A DNA stretch of 64,000 nucleotides from an uncultured Chloroflexia bacterium (GTDB lineage: Bacteria > Chloroflexota > Limnocylindria > Limnocylindrales > CSP1-4). Made by a program: the position numbers and the translations under genes. The notes under the pieces were generated by a model that worked only from the letters and a program-made list of their open reading frames with translations, searched no databases and was not told the DNA's origin. Below, one piece after another: positions 21,036 through 31,628 of the stretch. The stretch's first letter is position 1; each line of letters opens with the position of its first letter. The stretch covers positions 768,001-832,000 of the forward strand of contig CAWFXA010000002.1 in NCBI GenBank assembly GCA_963819655.1. Direction: 5' to 3'.

Positions 21036-21095
21036 TTGACACCGGGCTACTTTACACCGTATGGTTACGGCGTCAGGTTTACAACGTAAAGTAGC
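21036..21095 (+). promoter_or_regulatory. Promoter (TTGACA-18-TATGGT) with TTAC-N3-GTA operators
   Basis: TTGACA 21036-21041, TATGGT 21060-21065; CTTTAC-ACC-GTATGG, GGTTAC-GGC-GTCAGG, GTTTAC-AAC-GTAAAG. Confidence 0.7.
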
Positions 21096-21106
21096 AGGAG
21101 TCCCCG

Positions 21107-22129
21107 ATGAAGGCGATCGTTCAAGACAGGTACGGTTCACCCGCCGTCCTGGAAACACGTGACATCGACAAGCCTGAGATCACCGACGACGAGGTCCTCG
21201 TCCGCGTCCATGCGGCGTCGATCCATGTCGGAGACTGGATCCTCATGACGGGCGATCCGTTCGTCATGCGCATGGCGACCGGGCTGCGCAAGCCCAGGAA
21301 CCCTGTTCCGGGTACGGATGTCGCGGGGACGGTCGAGGCTGTCGGCAAGGACGTACAGGGATTCGTCCCAGGCGACGAGGTCTTCGGTTGGGCCGCTGGC
21401 GCGTTCGCCGAGTACGCACGGGCGACCGAGGATCACTTCGTCAAGAAGCCGGCCAACCTCACGTTCGAGCAAGCGGCCGCCGTCGGCGTGTCCGCCACGA
21501 CAGCCCTGCAGCTGCTGCGCGATGACGGACACGTCCATCCCGGGCAGAAGGTCCTGATCAACGGGGCGTCAGGAGGGGTGGGCACGTTCGCCGTGCAGAT
21601 CGCCAAGGCCTTCGGGGCCGAGGTGACCGGGGTCTCGAGCACCAGGAACGTGGAGCTCGTCCGCTCGATCGGCGCTGACCATGTCATCGACTACACCGCC
21701 GAGGACTTCACGAAGGGCGGCCCACGCTACGACCTCATCCTCGACAATGTCGGGAACCACTCGATGTCCGAGACGAGGCGAGCGCTCACGCCCGAGGGAC
21801 GGCTGATCTCCAACGGTGGCGGACACGCAGGCGGAAAGCTCGGTCGGACGATCAGGACCGCCATCGTGTCCATGTTCGTGCGCCAGCAGGCCGGGCTGTC
21901 CTTGAAGACCCAGAACTCCGCCGACCTGGAGGTCCTCAAGGCGCTCGTCGAAGGCGGGAAGGTCACGCCGGTCATCGGCGGCACCTACCCGCTGGAGAGG
22001 ACGCCCGCAGCGATCGAGCACGTGGCACAAGGACACGCGCGAGGGACCGTCGTCATCAGCATGTCCCAGGGGTCCCCAGGTGCGACGGCTCCCGCGACCG
22101 CCATGACCCTGTCCGGAACGACCGCCTGA
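21107..22129 (+). CDS. NAD(P)-dependent MDR-family oxidoreductase (quinone reductase-like)
   Basis: MKAIVQDRYGSP, GTDVAGTVEAVG, INGASGGVGTFAVQIAK, GHARGTVVI. Confidence 0.92.
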   Translation: MKAIVQDRYGSPAVLETRDIDKPEITDDEVLVRVHAASIHVGDWILMTGDPFVMRMATGLRKPRNPVPGTDVAGTVEAVGKDVQGFVPGDEVFGWAAGAFAEYARATEDHFVKKPANLTFEQAAAVGVSATTALQLLRDDGHVHPGQKVLINGASGGVGTFAVQIAKAFGAEVTGVSSTRNVELVRSIGADHVIDYTAEDFTKGGPRYDLILDNVGNHSMSETRRALTPEGRLISNGGGHAGGKLGRTIRTAIVSMFVRQQAGLSLKTQNSADLEVLKALVEGGKVTPVIGGTYPLERTPAAIEHVAQGHARGTVVISMSQGSPGATAPATAMTLSGTTA

Positions 22130-22183
22130 GCGTCGAGGCCGATCCCATCCAGGACCAGCAGGTCGTTTCGACCCGCGGCCCTG

Positions 22184-23164
22184 TCACCACCACCCCATGC
22201 GCTTCGTCCATCCGAGCATTCCCGCGACGACAAGGCCCATGAACGACAGCACCACCCCGAGCTGGATGACGTCGGTCCGGTCGCCGACGATGAGGTTCAT
22301 CCCGTAGATCGAGGCGATCGCCGTGACCGGCAGGAGCACCGCGGCGATCAACGCCAGCCGTTCCATCGCGACGTTCATGCGGGTGGTCGTCCGCGCCTGG
22401 TAGAAGTCGATGACGCCCTGCGCGAACTCCTTCTCGCTGTCGCTCATGCTCCGGACCCGTTCGAAGCGATCGATCAGGTCCTGGATCAGCGGCGGCGCCT
22501 CGGGCGGGATCATCCGCGTCAGCGCGGACATCCGGGCGAAGACATCGCCGGATTCGGCGGCCATGGTGCGGATCGACAGGAGCTCGTGTCGCACGAGGAA
22601 CATCTCCTCGAGGACGCGCACCGGGTCACCCAGCTCGCCCCGGACCTTCTCCTCGAGACCCGCGACCTGCACCGCCAGGCGCTCGAGCTGCGCGCCCTGG
22701 CGATTGGCCAGCGAGCTCACCATCGCGTAGGACAGCTCGAACGGAGTCGTGGCGTGGATCCGTCCCGTTTCGAGGCGCTCCACGATCTGCTCGGTCTCCG
22801 TGAAGCCGAGGGCCGTCGGGAGGTCCGGCGTCTGTGGTCCATGCGTCGTCACCAGGTAGCTGCGCCCGATGAACATGCCCACCTGGATGAGGTCGATGTG
22901 CCCGGTGTTGCCGGGTTCCGGGGCGTGCAGGACGACGAACATGTGATCCGGGTATGCGTGGATCTTCGGAAGGTGGCTTCGTTCGAGGATGTCGCGCACG
23001 GCCAGCTTGTGGAATCCGAAGCGCTCCGCAAGCGCTTTCGCTTTGTGGCTGTCGCACGAATCGACATCGACCCAGAGGAAGCCGTCGTCGCGCTCGAGGA
23101 GGGCCGGCACGTCCGCCCATTCGCGGGCCTCGATCCCCGACCGGGCGATCCAGCGAACGTCCAT
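22184..23164 (-). CDS. corA: CorA-family Mg2+ transporter
   Basis: FGFHKLAV, PKIHAY, YGMN signature between two C-terminal TMs, terminal GWW. Confidence 0.9.
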   Translation of the reverse strand: MDVRWIARSGIEAREWADVPALLERDDGFLWVDVDSCDSHKAKALAERFGFHKLAVRDILERSHLPKIHAYPDHMFVVLHAPEPGNTGHIDLIQVGMFIGRSYLVTTHGPQTPDLPTALGFTETEQIVERLETGRIHATTPFELSYAMVSSLANRQGAQLERLAVQVAGLEEKVRGELGDPVRVLEEMFLVRHELLSIRTMAAESGDVFARMSALTRMIPPEAPPLIQDLIDRFERVRSMSDSEKEFAQGVIDFYQARTTTRMNVAMERLALIAAVLLPVTAIASIYGMNLIVGDRTDVIQLGVVLSFMGLVVAGMLGWTKRMGWW

Positions 23165-23378
23165 GCACGTCTCCAGAAGCGGCATCGGCGCGGAACCGCC
23201 AGCCCGGCGAGTATAGGCACGCCTCCCGCTGACACATTCCGTCTCGCCAGCGCGTTAACACCCCGACCATGGCGGGGATATCCTTCGGGTCCAGCCTTCA
23301 TCGCGAGTCGCCCACCCAGGACATGCGGACCGCGGCGCACGCGGGCCGGTGGCGGGTGACAGAAAGGGAGGAGACCCC

Positions 23379-24635
23379 ATGCGCCGAGGCTTGCGCATCG
23401 CAGCTGTTGCCGCGCTGCTCATTCTCATCGTCCCGATCGCCACGACGAATGCCACGTCGGGCTCGGTGCGCTTCGCGACATTCAATGCGTCACTGAATCG
23501 CAACGCCGCGGGCCAGGCGCTGACCGACCTCTCAGCGCCGGGCAACGCGCAGGCGGCCGCCGTCGCCGAGATCATCCAGCGAGTGCGCCCCGACGTCCTC
23601 CTGATCAACGAGTTCGACTTCTACCCGGACGAGGCCCTGGTCGACGCGTTCCGGGACAACTACCTCGCGGTCGCCCACAACGGGGCCCAGCCGATCGCCT
23701 ATCCCCATGCATTCGTGGCCCCGTCGAACACGGGCATCTCGTCGGGCTTCGACCTAAACAACAACGGCGTGACGGACACGACCCCGGGCGACGGCTCGTA
23801 CGGCGACGACAGCTTCGGGTTCGGCCTGTTCCCGGGACAGTTCGGGCTCGTCGTCCTCTCGCGCTACCCGATCGACCAGGACGCGGTTCGGACCTTCCAG
23901 CACTTCCTCTGGAAGGACATGCCCGGGGCGCGACTTCCGGATGACCCGAACACGCCCGCGCCCGCCGACTGGTATTCAGCGGACGAGCTCGCGGTCTTCA
24001 GGCTCTCGTCCAAGAGTCACTGGGACGTCCCGATCGACATCGACGGCAAGGCCGTGCATTTCCTCGTCAGCCACCCGACGCCGCCGGTCTTCGACGGACT
24101 TGAGGATCGGAACGGGACCCGCAACTTCGACGAGATCCGCTTCTGGGCCGACTACATCACGCCCGGTCCGAGGTCGTCCTACATCTACGACGACGATGGG
24201 GTGTTCGGCGGACTCATGCCAGGTTCACCGTTCGTGATCGCCGGCGACCAGAACAGCGACCCGCTCGACGGCGACAGCATCCCAGGCTCGATCCAGCAGC
24301 TGCTCGAGCATCCGCTGATCAACACCAAGAAGACGCCCGCGAGCGCCGGCGGCACCTTCTGGGCGGCTGCGCAGGACGCCCTGAATGACAGGCATCGGAG
24401 CGATCCCGCGTTCGACACCGCCGACTTCTGCGACACCGCAGTCGCGCCGCCCTGCAGTGGTCCGGGCAACCTCCGCGCCGACTACGTGCTGCCCCGCAAG
24501 GACCTGCGGATCACGGACTCTGCGGTGTTCTGGCCGACGGCCAGCAACCCGCTGGTCTACCTGACCGGCGCCGGTTTCCCGGTCCCGAGCTCGGATCACC
24601 GACTCGTCTGGGTCGATGTGTCCGTCCCGGGCTAG
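23379..24635 (+). CDS. Secreted endonuclease/exonuclease/phosphatase-family protein
   Basis: Signal peptide; ATFNASL, LINEFD, LSSKSHWD, HPTPP, GDQNSD, LRADYVLP, SDHRLVWVD. Confidence 0.92.
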   Translation: MRRGLRIAAVAALLILIVPIATTNATSGSVRFATFNASLNRNAAGQALTDLSAPGNAQAAAVAEIIQRVRPDVLLINEFDFYPDEALVDAFRDNYLAVAHNGAQPIAYPHAFVAPSNTGISSGFDLNNNGVTDTTPGDGSYGDDSFGFGLFPGQFGLVVLSRYPIDQDAVRTFQHFLWKDMPGARLPDDPNTPAPADWYSADELAVFRLSSKSHWDVPIDIDGKAVHFLVSHPTPPVFDGLEDRNGTRNFDEIRFWADYITPGPRSSYIYDDDGVFGGLMPGSPFVIAGDQNSDPLDGDSIPGSIQQLLEHPLINTKKTPASAGGTFWAAAQDALNDRHRSDPAFDTADFCDTAVAPPCSGPGNLRADYVLPRKDLRITDSAVFWPTASNPLVYLTGAGFPVPSSDHRLVWVDVSVPG

Positions 24636-24796
24636 GGCGAGCATCACGCCGGGCCAGGCCAGGCACAGCCCATCGCCGGACGGGCGATCGACCGGAGTGG
24701 CATAGACTCAAGGTCGGCACCCTATCGGCGGTCTGGTGACCACATGAACCGCGTTCGGTCACCAGACCGTGATCTCGACCACTGCCGGCTGAGGAG

Positions 24797-25627
24797 ATGA
24801 CCGAGGAGTCCAGCTCGCCAGGGCAGGAGCCGCCGCGACGGCCGGGCCGCCTCGGACGGTCGGTGCCGTTCGCGTCCGGCGCAGTCGTCGTGCTTCTCGC
24901 GGTCGTGGCCTATGGCGTCCTGTTCCCGGCTCCGCGCCTGACCGAGCAGGACGTCGATGCGCGCGTCGGCGAGGCCCTCGCATCGGTCACACCCGCGCCG
25001 GCGTTCTCGGAGCTCGTGTATCAGGCTGTGCGCCCATCGCTCGTCCTGGTGGAGACCAACGGGCCAGAGCCGAGCGGCGCGGCGACGCGGGCCACGGGGA
25101 TCGGCAGCGGCGTCGTCGTGAGCCAGGCCGGCGACATCCTCACGAGCTGGCATGTCGTGGCCGACGCGTCCGATATCCGGTTGACGTTCGCTGACGGGAC
25201 GCGATCCAACGCGGAGATCGTGAGCAGCCAGCCAGGGATCGACATCGCTGTCCTCCGCGCGACACGACCGCCCGCGGAGGTCGTACCGGCCACCCTCGGT
25301 GACCCGAACGGGGTGCGCGAGGGAAGCGAGGCCTACGCGTTGGGGAGTCCATTCGGCCTGGCGAGCTCGATCAGCGTCGGCGTCATCTCCGGCGTCGATC
25401 GGACGTTCGTCCTCGAGGACACCGACACCGTCCTGCGCGGCCTGATCCAGGTCGACGCAGCAGTCAATCCGGGGAACTCCGGCGGACCGTTACTGAATAG
25501 AGAGGGTCACGTCATCGGGATCGTGACCGCCCTCCTCAATCCGACGGGCGACGACGTCTTCGTCGGCATCGGTCTTGCCGTCCCGATCGACGTCGCGGGC
25601 GGGGCCGCCGGACTACCCCCGTACTAG
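24797..25627 (+). CDS. Membrane-anchored S1C serine protease, no PDZ
   Basis: TSWHVV, DIAVL, VNPGNSGGPL; N-terminal TM. Confidence 0.9.
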   Translation: MTEESSSPGQEPPRRPGRLGRSVPFASGAVVVLLAVVAYGVLFPAPRLTEQDVDARVGEALASVTPAPAFSELVYQAVRPSLVLVETNGPEPSGAATRATGIGSGVVVSQAGDILTSWHVVADASDIRLTFADGTRSNAEIVSSQPGIDIAVLRATRPPAEVVPATLGDPNGVREGSEAYALGSPFGLASSISVGVISGVDRTFVLEDTDTVLRGLIQVDAAVNPGNSGGPLLNREGHVIGIVTALLNPTGDDVFVGIGLAVPIDVAGGAAGLPPY

Positions 25628-25650
25628 CCGCAACTGCAAGGGAGCGACGA

Positions 25651-26664
25651 GTGGACCAGTCTTCCAGCCACGACCAGGTGGCGGCCCCGATGGAGCGCCT
25701 GCTGTACGAGGTCAAGAAGGTCATCGTCGGGCAGGATCATCTGCTCGAGCGCCTGATCGTCGCATTGCTGGCCCGCGGCCACATCCTCGTCGAAGGCGTG
25801 CCCGGACTCGCCAAGACGATGGCCATCAGGACGCTGGCCGAATCGATCGGCGGTGAGTTCAAGCGGATCCAGTTCACGCCCGATCTCGTTCCGGCAGACC
25901 TGATCGGGACGCGGATCTATAACCAGAAGACCGGCGACTTCGGGACGACGCTCGGTCCGGTCTTCGCCAACCTCCTGTTGGCGGACGAGATCAACCGCGC
26001 CCCGGCCAAGGTCCAGAGCGCGCTCCTCGAGGTCATGCAGGAACGCCAGGTGACGATCGGCAAGGAGTCGTTCAAGGTCCCGGACCCGTTCCTGGTCCTC
26101 GCGACGCAGAACCCCATCGAGACCGAAGGGACGTATGCGTTGCCGGAGGCGCAGATCGACCGGTTCATGCTCAAGGTGCTGGTCGGCTACCCGAGCCCCA
26201 CCGAGGAGTTCGTCATCGTCGAGCGGATGACCGGGGCATTCCCGTCGGTCCACCAGGTGTTGTCGACCGACGCCCTGATCGAGATGCAGCGTGCCACCGA
26301 CAAGGTGTACGTGGATCCGGCGCTGATGGCCTACGCGGTTCGCCTGGCCACGGCGACTCGAGAGCCGGAGGCGCACGGTCTGGCCGAGCTCAAGCGCTAC
26401 ATCACGTTCGGTGCGAGCCCGCGGGCCTCCATCAACCTCATCCTCACCGCTCGGGCCCTGGCCTTCGTGCGCGGCCGTGACTACGCCCTCCCCGAGGACG
26501 TCCTGGACATGGCCCTCGACGTGCTCCGGCACCGCCTCGTCCTGTCGTTCGAGGCACTGTCCGACGACGTGACCAGCGACGCCTTGCTGGAGACCCTGCT
26601 CGACCGGATCTCCGTTCCGGTCGTGCCGCTGCGCGAACACGGGAATGTCCACGTCAGCGCCTGA
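25651..26664 (+). CDS. moxR: MoxR-family AAA+ ATPase
   Basis: EGVPGLAKT, RIQFTPDL, LADEINR, ATQNPIE, DRF, GASPR. Confidence 0.97.
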   Translation: MDQSSSHDQVAAPMERLLYEVKKVIVGQDHLLERLIVALLARGHILVEGVPGLAKTMAIRTLAESIGGEFKRIQFTPDLVPADLIGTRIYNQKTGDFGTTLGPVFANLLLADEINRAPAKVQSALLEVMQERQVTIGKESFKVPDPFLVLATQNPIETEGTYALPEAQIDRFMLKVLVGYPSPTEEFVIVERMTGAFPSVHQVLSTDALIEMQRATDKVYVDPALMAYAVRLATATREPEAHGLAELKRYITFGASPRASINLILTARALAFVRGRDYALPEDVLDMALDVLRHRLVLSFEALSDDVTSDALLETLLDRISVPVVPLREHGNVHVSA

Positions 26665-27541
26665 GCGCATCCTCCAGCGGCTCGACTGGCAGGTCATCCG
26701 CCGCCTGGATGGCTTGCTCCAGGGCGACTACGGGACGCTTTTCCACGGCAGTGGCGTCGACTTCGCGGACCTGCGCGAATACCAGTACGGGGACGACGTC
26801 CGCTACATCGACTGGAACGTCACGGCCAGGACGTCGACGCCGTATGTCCGCCAGTACATCGAGGACCGCGAGATCACCGCGTGGTTCCTGCTCGACCTCA
26901 GCCCATCGGTCGACTTCGGGTCCGCCGAGTCGGAACGGCTGAAGCGAGACGTGCTGGTCGATTTCGTCACGACGCTGGCCCGGCTCCTCACCCGCCGCGG
27001 CAATCGCGTCGGCGCGATCTTCTACGGGCGGCAGGTGGACCACACGATCCCCGCGCGCGGTGGTCGAGTCCACGTCCTGCGGCTCCTGAACGATCTCCTG
27101 CAGCAACCACGGCTGCCCGGGGCGCCGTTCACCGACCTCACGCCGCTCATGCAAGCCGGCCAGAAGATGATCAAGCGCCGCTCGCTGCTGTTCGTGATCT
27201 CCGACTTCATCAGCGCCCCCGGGTGGGAGCGTCCGCTCAACCTGCTGACCCGGCGACATGAGGTCATGGCCGTTCGGCTGTTCGACCGTCGCGAGGTCGA
27301 GCTGCCCGATGTCGGACCGTTGCTCATGGAGGATGCCGAGACCGGCGAGCAGCTGTATGTCGATACCCACGACAAGGCTTTCCGTCGACGTTTCCTCGAG
27401 GCATCGGAGCGCCGCGAGGCCACGCTGCGAGACGCGTTCCGGCGATCCGGCGTTGACGCGGTCTCGCTCTCGACCGAGGAGGATCTCGTCGGGGCGATCG
27501 TCCGCATGGCCACGCTCCGGCGCCGGCGGCGACGGAGGTAG
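26645..27541 (+). CDS. DUF58 (vWA-like) protein
   Basis: FADLREYQYGDDVRYIDWNVTAR, LDLSPS, ISDF. Confidence 0.95.
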   Translation: MSTSAPERILQRLDWQVIRRLDGLLQGDYGTLFHGSGVDFADLREYQYGDDVRYIDWNVTARTSTPYVRQYIEDREITAWFLLDLSPSVDFGSAESERLKRDVLVDFVTTLARLLTRRGNRVGAIFYGRQVDHTIPARGGRVHVLRLLNDLLQQPRLPGAPFTDLTPLMQAGQKMIKRRSLLFVISDFISAPGWERPLNLLTRRHEVMAVRLFDRREVELPDVGPLLMEDAETGEQLYVDTHDKAFRRRFLEASERREATLRDAFRRSGVDAVSLSTEEDLVGAIVRMATLRRRRRRR

Positions 27542-27543
27542 GC

Positions 27544-28560
27544 GTGTCGTTCCTGTGGCCGACCATGCTGCTGCTGCTGGCGACGATCCCGCTCGGCGCG
27601 TTCCTGTATCGGAGGAACGAGGGTCGCCGGCGGCGGCGGATGGCCGAGCTTGGGCAGATGAGGGTCGGGCCGGGCACGAGCCACGCTGGGGCTCGGGTCG
27701 GCGTCGGTCGACGGATCCCGGCCGTCCTCATGCTTGCAGGCCTCACCGCCCTCGTCCTCGCGCTGGCCCGGCCGCAGAGCGTCGTGAGCACGCCGCGGTT
27801 CGAAGGCACGGTGATCCTGTCGTTCGACGTGTCGGGCAGCATGGCGGCCGACGACATGGCGCCGACGCGGATGGAAGCCGCCAAGGCAGCTGCCAGATCT
27901 TTCGTGGCTGGCCAGCCACCATCGATCCTGATGGGCGTCGTGGCGTTCAGCGATAGCGGCTTCTCGATGCTCGTGCCGACCCAGGACGAAACGGAGGTCC
28001 TCGCGGCGATCGACCGCCTGGATCCCGAGCGCGGCACGTCGATCGCGCGGGGGATCCTGTCCTCGCTCACCGTGATCGCCGCTGCAGAACGCGACCCGGC
28101 CGAGGGTTTCTACACGAATCGCTCGCCCGATCCGGTGACACTGCCCGACCTCGTGCCGGCCGGGACGTTCGTGCCCGCGGCCATCGTCCTGTTGACCGAC
28201 GGCGAGAACAACCAGAGGCCCGACCCGTTGGAGGCTGCCCAGGCCGCAGCCGACCGCGGGGTCCGCATCTTCACCGTCGGGATCGGCACGGCTGAGGGGA
28301 CGATACTCGAGGTCGAGGGTTTCAAGGTCCACAGCCGGCTCGACGAGCCGTCCCTTCAGCGGATCGCCGACATGACCGGCGGCGCGTACTACAGCGCCAC
28401 CGATCCGGCGCAGCTCGCGGCGATCTACGACAGCATCGAGACCCGCCTCGTCATGCGACCCGAGGCGACCGAGGTCACCTCGCTCTTCGCCGGGCTCGGG
28501 ATCGTGCTCCTGGTCGCCGGTGGCCTGGCGGGTCTGGTCTGGCTCGGGAGGCTCCCATGA
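27544..28560 (+). CDS. BatA-like vWA domain membrane protein
   Basis: ALARP, MIDAS DVSGSM, LLTDGEN, FTVGIG; N- and C-terminal TMs. Confidence 0.93.
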   Translation: MSFLWPTMLLLLATIPLGAFLYRRNEGRRRRRMAELGQMRVGPGTSHAGARVGVGRRIPAVLMLAGLTALVLALARPQSVVSTPRFEGTVILSFDVSGSMAADDMAPTRMEAAKAAARSFVAGQPPSILMGVVAFSDSGFSMLVPTQDETEVLAAIDRLDPERGTSIARGILSSLTVIAAAERDPAEGFYTNRSPDPVTLPDLVPAGTFVPAAIVLLTDGENNQRPDPLEAAQAAADRGVRIFTVGIGTAEGTILEVEGFKVHSRLDEPSLQRIADMTGGAYYSATDPAQLAAIYDSIETRLVMRPEATEVTSLFAGLGIVLLVAGGLAGLVWLGRLP

Positions 28561-28579
28561 CGGAGGGGCGGGTCGTCTG

Positions 28580-29662
28580 ATGGACCTCCTCGCGCCTGGG
28601 CTCCTGGTCCTGCTTGCGGTCCTGCCCGTCCTCGTCGGCGTGCGGTTCTGGCTGCTCCGGCGCCGACGGCCGGGGATCCGCTACTCGAGCCTGTCGCTGG
28701 TGTCGGCCGCAGCGCCGCGCTCGTCGTGGCTCCGGCGCCACCTGCCCTTCGCCTTCTTCCTGGTGGCACTGGCGAGCCTCGTCGTGGCCATGGCGCGCCC
28801 GGTCCAGATCGTCCCGGTCCCTGCCGGGAGGACGACGGTGATCCTGGCGATGGACGTCTCACGGAGCATGTGCGCGACGGACATCCCGCCCAACCGCCTG
28901 CTGGCGGCCGAAGCGGCGGCGGCCTCGTTCATCGACCGTCAGGGCGCGACGACCCAGATCGGCATCGTCGCGTTCGCGGGCTTCGCCGAGATCGTCCAGG
29001 CGCCGACGACCGACCAGGAGGTGCTGCTCGACGTCGTCGAGAGCCTGACGACCGGTCGCCGGACCGCGGTCGGCAGCGCGATCCTCAAGTCACTCGACGC
29101 GATCGCCGAGACCGACGACAGCGTGGCGCCGATCCCGGACGCCGGATCCGCACAGGAGGACGCGCCGGCGCCGGTCCCCCGTGGCGCGTACGCGCCGGCG
29201 ATCATCGTGTTGCTGACCGACGGCGCGAGCAACGCCGGACCTGTGCCGGTCGAGGCCGCCCAGGCCGCCGCGGCGCGCGGCGTCCGCGTCTACACGATCG
29301 GCTTCGGCACGGCCAACCCGAACTCGGATCGGCCGCCGTGCGGGCTCCAGTTCATCGGGAACGAACCGAACCAGACGGGCATCGCGCCCGATCCAGGCCT
29401 CGGGGGAGGTGGTGGCGGCGGCGGTGGCGGCTTCCGGCGCGCCATCGACGAAGAGACCCTGATGGCCGTCGCGGAGGCGACGGGCGGCGAGTACTACCCG
29501 GCCGAGAGCGCCGACGAGCTGAACACCGTCTTCCAGAACCTCCCGACCAACCTGATCACGCGGCACGAGATCATGGAGATCAGCGTGATCTTCGTCGCAC
29601 TCGGTGCCCTGCTGGTCGCGCTGGCGATCCTGCTTGGTCAGGCGTGGCGTCCGCTGCCGTGA
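28580..29662 (+). CDS. BatA-like vWA domain membrane protein
   Basis: AMARP, DVSRSM, LLTDGAS, YTIGFG, Gly-rich insertion. Confidence 0.93.
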   Translation: MDLLAPGLLVLLAVLPVLVGVRFWLLRRRRPGIRYSSLSLVSAAAPRSSWLRRHLPFAFFLVALASLVVAMARPVQIVPVPAGRTTVILAMDVSRSMCATDIPPNRLLAAEAAAASFIDRQGATTQIGIVAFAGFAEIVQAPTTDQEVLLDVVESLTTGRRTAVGSAILKSLDAIAETDDSVAPIPDAGSAQEDAPAPVPRGAYAPAIIVLLTDGASNAGPVPVEAAQAAAARGVRVYTIGFGTANPNSDRPPCGLQFIGNEPNQTGIAPDPGLGGGGGGGGGGFRRAIDEETLMAVAEATGGEYYPAESADELNTVFQNLPTNLITRHEIMEISVIFVALGALLVALAILLGQAWRPLP

Positions 29663-29785
29663 GTCCCAACCGGCCTCGGATCTCGACAAGCTGGCCACGA
29701 ACCTGTCGATTCAGCCGGGAGCCGTTCGTCGCTAGGTCGTAAGGGCCGACCGGATGGGCGGCCGCCTAGTCGATGGAGGTGTCCC

Positions 29786-30124
29786 ATGGGGACGACAGTC
29801 GTTCATGTCGAAGTCACCGGCAAGGATGGAGAAGGGCTCCAGAAGTTCTACAAGGACGTGTTCGGGTGGAGCCTGGACACGAACAATCCGGGCGGCTACG
29901 GCATGTACCGCCAGGACGGCGGTCTCACCGGCGGCATCGGCGCATCGACCGACGGCAGTGCTGGTCACGTGACGTTCTACGTCCACACGGACGACCCGCA
30001 GGCGGTGCTCGACAAGGTCGCCGCAGGTGGGGGCCAGGTGATCATGCCGCTCACCGAGGTGGCGCCGGAGACCACGGTCGCCCTCTTCGCCGACCCCGAG
30101 GGGCACGTCGTCGGGATCATGTAG
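29786..30124 (+). CDS. VOC/glyoxalase family protein
   Basis: VVHVEV, FYKDVFGW, GGIG, FADPEGH; GGAGG RBS. Confidence 0.9.
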   Translation: MGTTVVHVEVTGKDGEGLQKFYKDVFGWSLDTNNPGGYGMYRQDGGLTGGIGASTDGSAGHVTFYVHTDDPQAVLDKVAAGGGQVIMPLTEVAPETTVALFADPEGHVVGIM

Positions 30125-30150
30125 CGCTCCACGCCCCGTTCGATCAGGCA

Positions 30151-30184
30151 GAGGCCGGACCCGCACAAGGGTCCGGCCTCTTTC
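30151..30184 (+). terminator. Rho-independent terminator
   Basis: gaggccggaccc / gggtccggcctc stem followed by tttc. Confidence 0.75.
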
Positions 30185-30211
30185 GCGCGATAATGCGGGC
30201 GAGCGATCCAG

Positions 30212-31619
30212 ATGCGTCCGTCAACGGCGCGCCGATACGCGGCCCGCCTTCGTCGATCGATCCTTTTCGCCGGGCTGGCCTGGTTGCTGGTCGGCGCCTT
30301 CCATCAGGCCGGCACGGACGTCCTAGCCGCGGACCCCACCTCGCCTCCGCGCGTCCATGTCCTGACCGCGACCGGCATCGTCGACAACGTCCTGGCCACC
30401 TACATCGAGCACGGGATCGCGCAAGCGTCGGCGGACGGTTCGGCGGCCGTGATCGTCACCTTGAATACGCCCGGCGGCAGCCTCGACGCGACCCAGCGGA
30501 TCGTGTCCGCGCTGCTCGAGGCGCCGCTGCCGACCATCGTGTGGGTCGCCCCGAGCGGCGGCCGAGCCGCCAGCGCCGGCACGTTCATCACGCTCGCGTC
30601 GCACCTGGCGTACATGGCGCCCGGCACGAACATCGGGGCGGCGTCGCCGGTCGGGGCGGGCGGGGAGGAACTGACCGGCACGATCGGCGACAAGGTCAAG
30701 AACGACGCGATCGCCAACATCCGGTCGATCGCGGAGGCGCGCCATCGGGACGTCGAATGGGCGGTCTCGACCGTTGACAAGGCGGTCTCGTCGACGGCGA
30801 GTGAAGCCGTGGCGGTCGGGGCGGTCGATGCGATCGCAACGTCCGTCGACGATGTCCTTCGCCAGGCCGATGGCCGCATCGTCGAAGTCCGCTCGCAGCC
30901 GGTCACGGTCGAGGTCACCGACGCGACCGTCACGGACCTCGCGATGAACCCGTTCCAGTCGATCATCCACCTGCTGTCCGACCCGAACATCGCCTTCATC
31001 CTCCTGACGCTCGGCTTCTACGGCCTGCTGTTCGAGCTGCAGAGCCCGAACTTCGTCACGGGCATCGTGGGTGCGATCGCCCTGATCCTGGCGTTCATCG
31101 GGTTCGGCAGCCTGCCGCTCAATGTCGCGGGGCTGATCCTGATCGGCCTCGCCGTGCTCCTCTTCGTGCTCGAGACGACGGTGACCAGCCACGGCCTGCT
31201 GACTGTCGGGGGGCTGGTCTGCTTCGTGCTGGGCGCCTTCACGCTGTACACGGCACCGGGCAGCCCTGTCGCTCCCGATGTGTCCGTGGCGACCCCGCTG
31301 ATCGTGGTCATGGCGGGCGTGACCGCAGCCTACGTGGGCATCGTGCTGGTCACCGTCGCACGGGTCCGCCGTCGCTCGTTCGTCTTCGCCGGTGAGTACG
31401 GCGCCGGCGGTTCGACGGCCGTCCCGGTCGGTACCGTGGGCGTTGCCAGGACAGACCTCGAGCCGCGCGGCGTGGTGTACGCCGCCGGCGAGGAGTGGAC
31501 GGCGCGGTCGAGCGACGGATCGGAGATCGCGAGAGGCGCGCCGGTGCGTGTCGTCCGTCAGGAGGACCTGACGCTCGTCGTCGAATTCGGGACCGGCAGG
31601 CGTGCCGGAAGGTGGATAG
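30212..31619 (+). CDS. nfeD: NfeD membrane serine protease (ClpP-like + TM + OB fold); expected stop is out of frame
   Basis: LNTPGG, AASAG, IGAASPV, SDPNIA, GEEWTAR, LVVE. A TAG at 31617-31619, overlapping the next gene's RBS, is one base out of frame; as sequenced the ORF reads on to 32629. Confidence 0.85.
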
Positions 31620-31628
31620 GAGGTTCGC

